Of a stretch of DNA of 64,000 bases, positions 49,564 to 58,569 are shown piece after piece (the stretch's first letter is position 1; each line of letters begins with the position of its first letter). Under the pieces are notes generated by a model that was not told the origin of the DNA, did not search any database, and saw only the letters and a list, made by a program, of their open reading frames with translations. A program made the position numbers and the translations under genes. The stretch covers positions 4,960,001-5,024,000 of the forward strand of contig CBDCXR010000004.1 of the NCBI GenBank assembly GCA_965223845.1, in the 5' to 3' direction. This DNA comes from Planctomycetota bacterium. GTDB lineage: Bacteria > Planctomycetota > UBA8108 > SXIK01.

Positions 49564-51123
49564 ATGAAGATCCACTCCCTCGGACACAGCTCGTTTCTGC
49601 TCGAGTTGCTGCCGGCCGCGAGCGATCGCCCGGTGCGGATCCTCGCCGATCCGTGGCTAAGCGACGGGCTCGTCGGCGACCTTTCGGGACGGTTTCCGCG
49701 CGTGCGATTCTCCCCGCGCGATTGGGGCGAAATCGATGCCGTATTCATCTCGCACGCCCACACGGACCACCTCGATCCGTACTCGCTCGTTCCGCTCTGG
49801 CGCGAGCTCACGCCGACACCGTCGCTCATTCTTCCGGAGAGTCTCGCCTTCCTCGAGGACGTCTTCCGGGAGTTCCTCACTCCACTCGAGCTCGTGTACC
49901 TTCACGACCAAAGGCCGATCGCGTTTCGCGGCGTCCAGCTCATGGGTTTCTTCAGCCCCGAGCAGCGCGCGACGAACGAAGACGACGTGATGCTCCTCCT
50001 CGCAAAGAACGGCCGGGAATCGTTCCTGAGTGAGGCCGACGCTCTCTTTCCGTTCTACGACGGAGACGCGCGCGCGGCGCTCGCCGACTTTCTCGACCTT
50101 GGTGCGGCGCAAACGATCTGCTTTCTCACGACCAAGAACGAAGGCGACGCGACGATGGCGATGCTCGATGCCGAGAACGCAGCGGAACGAGCCGAAGCAC
50201 TCGGGCGAGAACTAGATCGGACGTACGCGGAGGTCCACTCGACGTACGCGCCGCCCGGCGGCGAGGAGGAGGACATGGCCAGCGATGTGTGGCAGTGCGA
50301 TCGCGTGGTCCGCCTCATCGGAGGCCAGGGAATCTGTTTCCCCCAGTCGCTCGGGACCGCGTGGAATCGCGTGCTCTTTCCGATCCGGCTGCGAGATCGA
50401 GTGGAGATGGAGCGCGAAGTCGCTGCGCAGTACGACTGCCGGCACCGCGTCGAGGAGTTTGTTCCGGGAACGACCTACGAGCTCGCCGGCGGAGGTATCG
50501 AGTCCACCTCGCGCTGGACGCCTCTTCAGGTCCTCGACTGCGAAGACGACCGCGGCCACGACGAGACGATCGAGCTCTTCGAAGATTTTCCGCGTGCCCC
50601 CCTCCGATCGGACGAGCGGGACTGGGCGGGGCAAGAAGCGCGTATTCTAGATCTTCTCAACGACCGGTTTCTTCCCCACGTGATCGGCGCCCGCAATCCT
50701 CCGTTCGAACACCTCCTCGCCGCGGGCGGAGGCGAGTACCGCGTGCGCGTCCGCTTCGGGACCATGGAGTGTGGTGAGAATCGAGACTACGTCGCATCGT
50801 TCCGCGCCCTGCGCTTTACGGCCGCCGAGGCGAACTCTCGCGCCGACGAACACTACTTCGCGAACGACCTCGAGGACGTGCTCGACGGGCACGCCGACGA
50901 GTTTTCGACGATCTGCCGGCGGCCGCCTGCCCCAGGTGCGCAACGAGTGTGGACCACCCTCGGCTTGCCGTACCTCAACAACGACCTCGTCGAGCGGAAG
51001 ATCCGCCTTCACTTCGAACGCGCCGCGCGCGGCGGGACGTCGGAGAGCTGGGTGCTCGCTTTCTATCGGGACGACGCGATGCCTGAATCCTCTGGGAGCA
51101 CCGCTGGACCGGCGGTAGGCTGA
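49564..51123 (+). CDS. MBL-fold metallo-hydrolase (UlaG-like N-terminus) with long uncharacterised C-terminal part
   Basis: LGHSSFLL, ILADPWL and FISHAHTDHLD. Confidence 0.82.
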   Translation: MKIHSLGHSSFLLELLPAASDRPVRILADPWLSDGLVGDLSGRFPRVRFSPRDWGEIDAVFISHAHTDHLDPYSLVPLWRELTPTPSLILPESLAFLEDVFREFLTPLELVYLHDQRPIAFRGVQLMGFFSPEQRATNEDDVMLLLAKNGRESFLSEADALFPFYDGDARAALADFLDLGAAQTICFLTTKNEGDATMAMLDAENAAERAEALGRELDRTYAEVHSTYAPPGGEEEDMASDVWQCDRVVRLIGGQGICFPQSLGTAWNRVLFPIRLRDRVEMEREVAAQYDCRHRVEEFVPGTTYELAGGGIESTSRWTPLQVLDCEDDRGHDETIELFEDFPRAPLRSDERDWAGQEARILDLLNDRFLPHVIGARNPPFEHLLAAGGGEYRVRVRFGTMECGENRDYVASFRALRFTAAEANSRADEHYFANDLEDVLDGHADEFSTICRRPPAPGAQRVWTTLGLPYLNNDLVERKIRLHFERAARGGTSESWVLAFYRDDAMPESSGSTAGPAVG

Positions 51124-51167
51124 GGTCCGTGTGCGCGACTTCGCCTTGTTCGAACCCCGAGACGACG

Positions 51168-51788
51168 ATGAATTCCCGCGGCCTCCGCCGAATCTCGGCC
51201 ATCCTCCTCGTTCTCGCTCAGGTCGGCTGTGTTCCGCTCGTACCCAGCGAGCCGCCGCGCGCACGTGTCGCGCCGCGGGCTCCAATCCCCCACGCAATCA
51301 AACCCTCCGCAGAGGTCGACATCGCGGAGAGTGCGGTGCCGGCCGGCAGCGACGGGCAGAACGAAGGGTCGCGGGTGGAGAAGGATCGCCCTCCTCTCGG
51401 GCAGACGAAATTCGATCGAAGCGTGGATCCGCACGCCGCCGAGGGAGCAGCCGCCGCGCACTCCCCGACTGCCGCCGCTGCGGCGGGCGACGCGGCAGCA
51501 CGACGCTCGTCGCCCCGGCGAAAAAACGCCGAAGGCGTCGCTTCTGCGCGCCCCGATGATCTCGATCCACCGGCGGTGAACGAGCACGCGTTGGCGGATC
51601 GTCCCACCGAAAGCGCGAATGTCGTCCACGCCGCGGCGGGCGATCACACGGCAGTCTGGACTCGACTCACACCGCCGACACGCACTGAACTACGCGCCTC
51701 GACGCCGCGGAGACGACACGCGTTCGTCGATCGCCGTTTCATTTGGGAAGAGGTTCCGCGGCCGATGGACTGCCCCCGGAGTCGATGA
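51168..51788 (+). CDS. Hypothetical low-complexity lipoprotein
   Basis: MNSRGLRRISAILLVLAQVGC is lipobox-like; Pro/Ala-rich body; the stop overlaps the next ATG (ATGA). Confidence 0.5.
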   Translation: MNSRGLRRISAILLVLAQVGCVPLVPSEPPRARVAPRAPIPHAIKPSAEVDIAESAVPAGSDGQNEGSRVEKDRPPLGQTKFDRSVDPHAAEGAAAAHSPTAAAAAGDAAARRSSPRRKNAEGVASARPDDLDPPAVNEHALADRPTESANVVHAAAGDHTAVWTRLTPPTRTELRASTPRRRHAFVDRRFIWEEVPRPMDCPRSR

Positions 51789-52492
51789 AAGTTCTCTACG
51801 TCTTTCCGCACCCCGACGATGAGTCCTTCGGCGTCGGCCAGGTGATGGCGAAACAAAGCCGGGAAGGGCACGAGGTCCATCTCCTCACCCTGACTCGCGG
51901 CGGCGCGACAAAGCAGCGTCACAGATTCGGCTATACGGTCGATGAGATGGGCGCGGTGCGAGCGCGCGAAATGACGGACGTCGCCAGCGTGCTCGACCTC
52001 GCGAGCCTCGAGGTCCTCGACTTTCCGGACAGTGGCCTCAAGGAAGTCGATCCGCGCGATGTCGAAGCTGCGATCGCGATCCACACTCGAACGATCGAAC
52101 CGGACGTCCTCGTCACCTACCCCGTTCACGGCGTCTCCGGATTCCACGACCACCTCGTCGCGCACGCACTCGTCAAGCGCGTCTTCGTCGAGCTCGAGAG
52201 CGAGATTCCCGCGCTCCGGCGACTCGCGTTCTCGACCGTGTCCGAGGAAACTGCCGAAGCGAGCAAGGTCTTCCCGCTTTCGCACTCCACGTCGGCGGAA
52301 ATCGACTGCGTCGTCTCCGTCGAAGACCGAGATCTCGAAGCCTGTCGCCGCGCGCTCGACTGCTACGTCACCTTCAAGGAGACGATCGACCGCACCGGAA
52401 TCAAAGACCTGCTTCCTCGAGATGTGCCGTTCGAGTTCTTCGCCGAGTCGTGCGAGCCTCCCGTCGAAGATGTATTCGCGGGGCTCGGGTAG
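51785..52492 (+). CDS. PIG-L/LmbE family deacetylase
   Basis: VFPHPDDES, LTRGG, RAREM and GVSGFHDH. Confidence 0.9.
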   Translation: MKVLYVFPHPDDESFGVGQVMAKQSREGHEVHLLTLTRGGATKQRHRFGYTVDEMGAVRAREMTDVASVLDLASLEVLDFPDSGLKEVDPRDVEAAIAIHTRTIEPDVLVTYPVHGVSGFHDHLVAHALVKRVFVELESEIPALRRLAFSTVSEETAEASKVFPLSHSTSAEIDCVVSVEDRDLEACRRALDCYVTFKETIDRTGIKDLLPRDVPFEFFAESCEPPVEDVFAGLG

Positions 52493-52563
52493 ATCCGCTC
52501 GGTCGCAACGAGTACGAGCGCTCCGCAGCGCGACGACGCATCACCGATAGTGTTCACGTCAAC

Positions 52564-53148
52564 ATGACCGATCCCCTTCCGTTCGAATGGCTGAATGAGC
52601 CCGCAGACTGCGAGCGAAGCTCGTCGTCGCTCTCGTTCAGCGTTTCGGGCGGCACCGACTTCTGGCGGAAGACCCACGATGGAGGCGTGCGGGCGAACGG
52701 TCACTTCGGCTTCGTCACGGTCACGGGCGACTTCACGCTCAGCGCCAACGTGAGCGGTGAGTTTGGAAGCCAGTACGATCAGGCTGGACTCATGGCGCGC
52801 CTGGACGACGAGACGTGGCTCAAATGCGGCGTCGAGTACGTCGATGCCGCGCCCTACGCGAGCGCCGTCGTCACCCGCGCTTGGTCCGATTGGTCGGTCG
52901 TCCCGATTGAGCGGTCGACGCTCCGCTGGCGCCTGACGCGCCACGGCGAGACCTTCACGGTCGATTACTCAGATGCAGACGACTCGAGCCCCGCGCGTGA
53001 GGGGAGGATGATTCGCCAGGCGTTTCTCACCGACCGTCCCGAGCTCGCTATCGGCTTCATGGCCTGCGCACCCAAGGGCAACGGTTTCGCCGTTCGGTTT
53101 TCGGCGATCGAGCTCACCGGTTCGGCCACGCAGAGTCGAGCAGAATGA
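52564..53148 (+). CDS. DUF1349 family (concanavalin-like) protein
   Basis: WLNEP, TDFWRKTH, YDQAGLM, WLKCGVEY, SDWS and GFMACAPKG. Confidence 0.9.
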   Translation: MTDPLPFEWLNEPADCERSSSSLSFSVSGGTDFWRKTHDGGVRANGHFGFVTVTGDFTLSANVSGEFGSQYDQAGLMARLDDETWLKCGVEYVDAAPYASAVVTRAWSDWSVVPIERSTLRWRLTRHGETFTVDYSDADDSSPAREGRMIRQAFLTDRPELAIGFMACAPKGNGFAVRFSAIELTGSATQSRAE

Positions 53149-54176
53149 ATTCGTCGCTACGCCGCTACAATCCCCGAGCTCGGGCGAACGCCCGGTCGGC
53201 CCTCACGACTCGCATCGCCTTCGGAGCGCTCGGACTCTCCCTTCTGTCCACGGCCGCGACCGCGGACCGCGTTCGCTACCGCCTCGAGATCGTGAACACT
53301 TGGAGCGAAGAGACGCACCCCGGTGCCTTCCCCGAGGACGCACACTTTTCTTGGTTCGGCGGAGCGACTCACGACGACCGGGTTTCGTTCTGGGAAGTCG
53401 GCGAGCGAGCGTCGCCAGGAATCAAGCAAATGGCGGAAGACGGGAGAACGCTCGTTCTCACCGGCGAGGAAATCGCAGCCGCCATCGAAGCGCGTACTGC
53501 GGATCGCAGTCTCTCCTACCGCTGGTGGATCTGCCCACACGGCATCCGGGCCGACGCCTGCGGAGAATCCGTCGTCGAATTCGACATCGACGAACGATGG
53601 CCGCTCGTGACTCTCGTATCGATGCTCGGACCGAGTCCCGACTGGTTCATCGGCGTGTCGGGGCTCGCTCTCCGCGAGAACGATCGCTGGCTGCCGAGTG
53701 TCGTCGTCGATCTGACGCCTTACGACGCCGGAACTCGCTCCCCCAATCGCTTCGCGCTTTTCGGAAGCGAAACGTCCCCGCCCGATCTGATTCAGCCGAT
53801 CACCGAAGAATCCGGCCAGCTCATCGGCCCCGGGTCGCTCGGCGAGTTGCGGTTCACTCTCCTCGCTCCGCGCCAGACCCCGGGTGACTGCAACGCCGAC
53901 GGGCGACTCGACATCTCCGACGCGATGTGCATCCTTCTCGTCCTCTTCGGCGGGCGCGCGGAAGGCTTTCCGTGCGGTGACGGGACGGCAACCGACGCGG
54001 CCAACCGGATGCTCCTCGATTGGCAGGCTGACGGCGACGTCAACATCGCGGACGCCGTCGCGATCCTTCAGTCGCTCTTCGCAGACGGTCCCGAACACGC
54101 GCTGTCCGGCCCTCCGGGCGAAAGTCCTCGCTGCGTCACGATCGACACCTGCGAAACTGCCCCCGGCTGTGAGTAG
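53145..54176 (+). CDS. Secreted Spondin_N domain protein with C-terminal dockerin-like domain
   Basis: TWSEETHP..FP..AHFS...GATH, ASPGIKQMAEDG, SMLGPSPDWFIGV and YDAGT, followed by PGDCNADGRLDISD. Confidence 0.88.
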   Translation: MNSSLRRYNPRARANARSALTTRIAFGALGLSLLSTAATADRVRYRLEIVNTWSEETHPGAFPEDAHFSWFGGATHDDRVSFWEVGERASPGIKQMAEDGRTLVLTGEEIAAAIEARTADRSLSYRWWICPHGIRADACGESVVEFDIDERWPLVTLVSMLGPSPDWFIGVSGLALRENDRWLPSVVVDLTPYDAGTRSPNRFALFGSETSPPDLIQPITEESGQLIGPGSLGELRFTLLAPRQTPGDCNADGRLDISDAMCILLVLFGGRAEGFPCGDGTATDAANRMLLDWQADGDVNIADAVAILQSLFADGPEHALSGPPGESPRCVTIDTCETAPGCE

Positions 54177-54327
54177 CTCTCCGATCGATCTTCCCGGAGA
54201 TGCTTCTTAAACGACAACGCGGACTCTCGGTCGATGTCGAACGACGAGCTCCTGTCGCTTCTCACCCTTCCTCGCAAGCTTCGCGTCCCGCGTTTAAGTC
54301 ACGGGGACCCGGATCCCGGACGCAAAT

Positions 54328-57300
54328 CTAGCGCGCCCCGATCCTCACCGTCCGATCTTGCTCGGTGAGATCGACCGCCTGCGTCGAAATCAGTCCCCCG
54401 CGAGCACGCCGCACGCTGAAGTGATGGACACCCGGAAGCAGCGAGCGCAGGTGGACGAGCGGTCCCTCGATCGCCTCCTCCGCTTTGAACGCACGGAAGT
54501 GTCGCCCGGTCCACTCGTAGTGTTGGAAGGTCAGATAGGCGCCGGGATAGCGCGTGAGGAAATCGGTCGCGAACTTGACGGTGAGGTCGTGAGCCGCGTA
54601 GTCGAAGTGGAGATCACCCGTGCGAAGCGCGGTCGGATAACTCCTCACTCGAATGGGGATCGCCTCGCCGCGGTAGATGTTCTGGATCGTTTGCGGCTGC
54701 GACTTCTCGATGACCGCGCCGTAGACCGACGCGCCAGTCGGCGGATCGATCATCAGAAACTCGCCATCCACGACTCGACCGACTCGCGTCCCGGATTCGA
54801 TGCTCGGCGTGTCGGTCAATAGAATCCAGCCGTCACGGACGGGAACGCCGTTCCGCCGCGCGCGCCCCCGCAGCTCCCGCCCCTCGAGGACGAGCGCGAG
54901 CGCGCTCTCGAGTCCGGCTTCGACGAGAACCTCTTCGGTGACCGGCGGGATCGCATCGTACGCGTCCTCGAGACCCCAGCGCACCCGATAGATTCCGGGC
55001 TCGATTCCGACAAACCGGTTTACGCCGAAGGCGGAAGCCGCGATCTCGCCGAGCTCGAAGCGCGACGACGGATCCCGCGCGTCTCGCTGGTATTCGAGAC
55101 TGAATCGGAATCCGCTCCGATCACCGCCTTCGAGGTAGCCGACCTCGAGCGCGAGCGTCGCCGCAAAATCGAGCACGAGCTCGTACTGCGAGTCGCTCGG
55201 ATCCGCTGCGAGCACGGAGATCCGATCGCCGTATCCGGCGAGACGCGCAACGAGAACGTAACTCGGATCGAGATCGATCGGCAGCGCGTCGACGCGAAAC
55301 CGCCCTTCGGCGTCGGAGACCGCCTTGAATCTCTCACGCGCGAAGTCGAGCGGCTCCTTGAGCGGAAAGCGTCCGGCGAGCTCCTCGCGGATGACGGCGA
55401 CCGCCGCGCCCGGCGCTGGCGTACCGTCCGGAAAAAACACCGTTCCCGAGATCGATCGCGACTCGCGAAGCTCGATATCACCGAGATCGATCTCGCTCTC
55501 CGACTCCGGAAGCGAGTAGCGCCGCGTGACGCTCACCGCGGAGTCGGCGAGACGAAACGTAAAGAGGAGCGGGAGGGCCGGCAGAGGAACGCCGTGGAAT
55601 CGCCCGCTGCGAATCTCGAGATCGATGGGAGCCCCGTAGGAGATCGCGCGCGGCTCCTCCGGTTCCCAGCTCACCTGCACGGCGCCGCGCACGGGATGGC
55701 CGTCCACGTCGATCAACCGCCCTCTCACGTTCACCGGGCGCGGAAGCTGCACCTTCGTCGGGATCACCTCTCCCGGCTCGGTGACGATCGTCGCGTCGAC
55801 GAACTGGGGTGCCCTCACCCGGATCTCGTTTCGCTCGCGCGTTCGGATCACCGCCAGCACCGTTCCCGGAGCGCGCGGCGGGTGGTGCGAAATGATCACC
55901 GGCGCCGGATGCTCCGGCCCGCCCTTCGTATCGACACGGCCGTGCCGAATCGGCATGTCGCTGCTGTCGACGAGAAGGATCTCGATCCGCTCCGTTGCGA
56001 ATGCACTGCGCTTGGCGGTGACTTCGACTTCTTGTGCCGAGTCGACGCGAAATCGAACCGCGTCGCGCCGCTCGTCGCCGCTCGACCACTCGAGCTGGTA
56101 CTCGCCCTGCGCGAGGTTGTCGACCACGAGTCGACGATCGAAGACGCGGAAGCGCGAGATTTCTTCGATGCCATCGACGCCGCGGAGCGCGACGAACTTC
56201 GGCGGATCGACGGCGCCGACTCCCTCGACCACGAAGGTCACTTCTGCGCGCGCGCGCGGAAGGAGGTAGAGGTCACCGAAGTCGAAGAGCGGCGGGCCGG
56301 CGTCGCGGCGCTGGACGACGTTGACCGCCTTCGCTCCGCTCGAGATTGCGGTGACCCGCGCTTCCCTCGCGCCGCGGATGCGACGCCGACTCCCGAAGCT
56401 TCCGTCCGCACCGAGCGCGTAGGATGGATAGACTCGAGGGCGCGTCTCGCCGTCGACCCAGATCCTCTCGATGACCCGACTGCCTTCGAGCTCGTCCCCC
56501 GCCCCGCGGGCGATTCGCCCGCGCACGACGACGCTCTCGTCGGTCGTCGGCCTGAGGGCGAGCGCGATCGGCTCGGGATCGTCAGCGTCTTCGTCCGCCT
56601 TGAGCTCGAATCGTCCCGTGTACGACTCGACGCCCGGGCCTACGACCGCGACGTCGTAGAGCGAGTTCTCGCTCAGGCCCGAGACCGTCACGCGATCGCG
56701 TTCGCCGTCGAGAGCGTAGCGGTGGACGTAGCCGACGCCTTCGACTCGGACGAAGGAGAGCTCGGCGCCGCGGAGTGCTCCGCGCGGGACGTCAGAGAGA
56801 ACGACGGTCCGGGACAAACCCCGCTCGAGGGGGACGTCGCCGAGCTCGATCACCTCGTCGACGGTCGTATACGCCGGCATCGTCAGTACGCCGGGGAGCC
56901 ACCCGCGGCAGGCGACGACGACCGTTTCGCCGGGCTCGGGTGGAGCCCCGACGTACTTCGCCTCGCCCGCAGACGTGACGCGAACGAGAGTGAGATCGTG
57001 CGAGAGCTCGATCCCGTGGGGCGGAACGGGGCTCGGCTCCTCGGCCGCTTCGCTCTTCTCGCCGTCGACGAGTCGGAGACGCATCCGCGGGAGAGGTCGA
57101 CCGGGGACGACAACCCGCGGTGTACGTTCGGGGACCTTAAACGAGAGTCCGCGGCGAAAGAACGCGGGGATCTCGACGCGAACGGTGACGTCTTCCGGCT
57201 TCGAGTAGACGAGCGGAAACTTCGGGCCGAGGACGAGTCGACCATCCTCGTCGGTGCGAGTGCGGAGCTCGATTCCGCGAAAATCGACCACGACCTCCGC

Positions 57301-58392
57301 GTCGCGCAGCGCGTCACCCGCACTGTCGACGAGCTGCACCTCGTACGTCGCCTGCGGATACGCGTAAACGAACGGCTCTCCGCTCTCGGGGAGATGGTAG
57401 AGAATCTTCCCTTCGTAGTTGGCCTTCAGGATCTTGTCCTCATGCGCGAGGCGGTAGAGCGGATGGAGAACCTCGAGCCAGTAGAAGTAGTGCGTTCGTT
57501 CGAGCCGGATCGCTCCGTTTCCGTCCGTGTACTGAACGCGAGGCTCCGCGTCGATGACGAGACGGTCCCGGGCGCGCGGCGCGATCCACACGTCTGGCGC
57601 GTCGATCGTCGAATGTGTTCCGCGAACCGGAATGACGCGCACGGGGACGCGCACGAGAGGCGCGCGCGACGGGCGAAGAACGCGCACGTCGACCGTCCCG
57701 GCGCGGCGGAGCTCGATATCCGGAATCGTCCACCGGCCGCCCAACGGCTCGCGTCGCGAGAGGACAATCGTCTCCGTCGCGTATCCGTCCGCATCGACTT
57801 GGAGGTGCACGCGGAGGGTCGGATCCTCCACGTCGAAGACCGGAATCTCGAAGGAACCGTCGGGGGACAACTCCAGTTCGCGCTGGTAGCGCGCCGGATG
57901 CCCGGCGTGACTCGGGTCGGAATCGCCCCGGTAGGCGGTCGCGATCACACGGCCGCGGATCGAGTCTCCGTTGAGAGCATCGACGAGACGGCCGGCCGCG
58001 AACGCCGCTGACGCTCCGGCCTCGGGTCGTTCAACATCCGCCTCCGGCGCGCGCGGCTCCGCGTTCGTAATCGGCCGGGCGAGTCCCGGCCCGAATGACG
58101 TGAACGGAACGACCGACATCGCGTCCGAGCCGGACGCCTCCCCGTCGACCTCGGAATCCTGAGCGTCCTCTTCCGCCGATTCGGACACCGGATCGGCGCG
58201 AACGCTGACGGCGCGAGAATCGTGCTCGGCGACAGCGTCGAACGGTTCGTCTCCGCCCGCGTCACCCCAATTCGAGGGATCCGCCTGCGTGAGGTAGATC
58301 CCGAGCACGAGGAGAAGCGTGCTGAACAGAGCGCCGACCACGAGCGCAACTCTCACGGCGCCGGCGGCGCGTACCGCATCGCTCGAGTTCAC
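54328..58392 (-). CDS. Large membrane-anchored protein with carboxypeptidase-regulatory-like (Cna-B type) beta-sandwich repeats
   Basis: GTG 58392 follows GGGAG. One N-terminal TM helix, an acidic linker, and repeated GR.VD..G.P..GA.V / SD..GRF units. Confidence 0.78.
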   Translation of the reverse strand: MNSSDAVRAAGAVRVALVVGALFSTLLLVLGIYLTQADPSNWGDAGGDEPFDAVAEHDSRAVSVRADPVSESAEEDAQDSEVDGEASGSDAMSVVPFTSFGPGLARPITNAEPRAPEADVERPEAGASAAFAAGRLVDALNGDSIRGRVIATAYRGDSDPSHAGHPARYQRELELSPDGSFEIPVFDVEDPTLRVHLQVDADGYATETIVLSRREPLGGRWTIPDIELRRAGTVDVRVLRPSRAPLVRVPVRVIPVRGTHSTIDAPDVWIAPRARDRLVIDAEPRVQYTDGNGAIRLERTHYFYWLEVLHPLYRLAHEDKILKANYEGKILYHLPESGEPFVYAYPQATYEVQLVDSAGDALRDAEVVVDFRGIELRTRTDEDGRLVLGPKFPLVYSKPEDVTVRVEIPAFFRRGLSFKVPERTPRVVVPGRPLPRMRLRLVDGEKSEAAEEPSPVPPHGIELSHDLTLVRVTSAGEAKYVGAPPEPGETVVVACRGWLPGVLTMPAYTTVDEVIELGDVPLERGLSRTVVLSDVPRGALRGAELSFVRVEGVGYVHRYALDGERDRVTVSGLSENSLYDVAVVGPGVESYTGRFELKADEDADDPEPIALALRPTTDESVVVRGRIARGAGDELEGSRVIERIWVDGETRPRVYPSYALGADGSFGSRRRIRGAREARVTAISSGAKAVNVVQRRDAGPPLFDFGDLYLLPRARAEVTFVVEGVGAVDPPKFVALRGVDGIEEISRFRVFDRRLVVDNLAQGEYQLEWSSGDERRDAVRFRVDSAQEVEVTAKRSAFATERIEILLVDSSDMPIRHGRVDTKGGPEHPAPVIISHHPPRAPGTVLAVIRTRERNEIRVRAPQFVDATIVTEPGEVIPTKVQLPRPVNVRGRLIDVDGHPVRGAVQVSWEPEEPRAISYGAPIDLEIRSGRFHGVPLPALPLLFTFRLADSAVSVTRRYSLPESESEIDLGDIELRESRSISGTVFFPDGTPAPGAAVAVIREELAGRFPLKEPLDFARERFKAVSDAEGRFRVDALPIDLDPSYVLVARLAGYGDRISVLAADPSDSQYELVLDFAATLALEVGYLEGGDRSGFRFSLEYQRDARDPSSRFELGEIAASAFGVNRFVGIEPGIYRVRWGLEDAYDAIPPVTEEVLVEAGLESALALVLEGRELRGRARRNGVPVRDGWILLTDTPSIESGTRVGRVVDGEFLMIDPPTGASVYGAVIEKSQPQTIQNIYRGEAIPIRVRSYPTALRTGDLHFDYAAHDLTVKFATDFLTRYPGAYLTFQHYEWTGRHFRAFKAEEAIEGPLVHLRSLLPGVHHFSVRRARGGLISTQAVDLTEQDRTVRIGAR

Positions 58393-58569
58393 GAAACTCT
58401 CCCTTTCGCGATTGGATCGACGACCATCGCTGAGACGAGGCCACGCAATCGGGCATTCACCGAGAATTGACTCGGCTGAAGGATCTCGCTCCTGCGTTCG
58501 GATTCTCCGGGCGTCGCGCCGCCGCATCGAGAAGAATGTGGCGGTTCGCATCCCCCGCAGAGAGGAACG

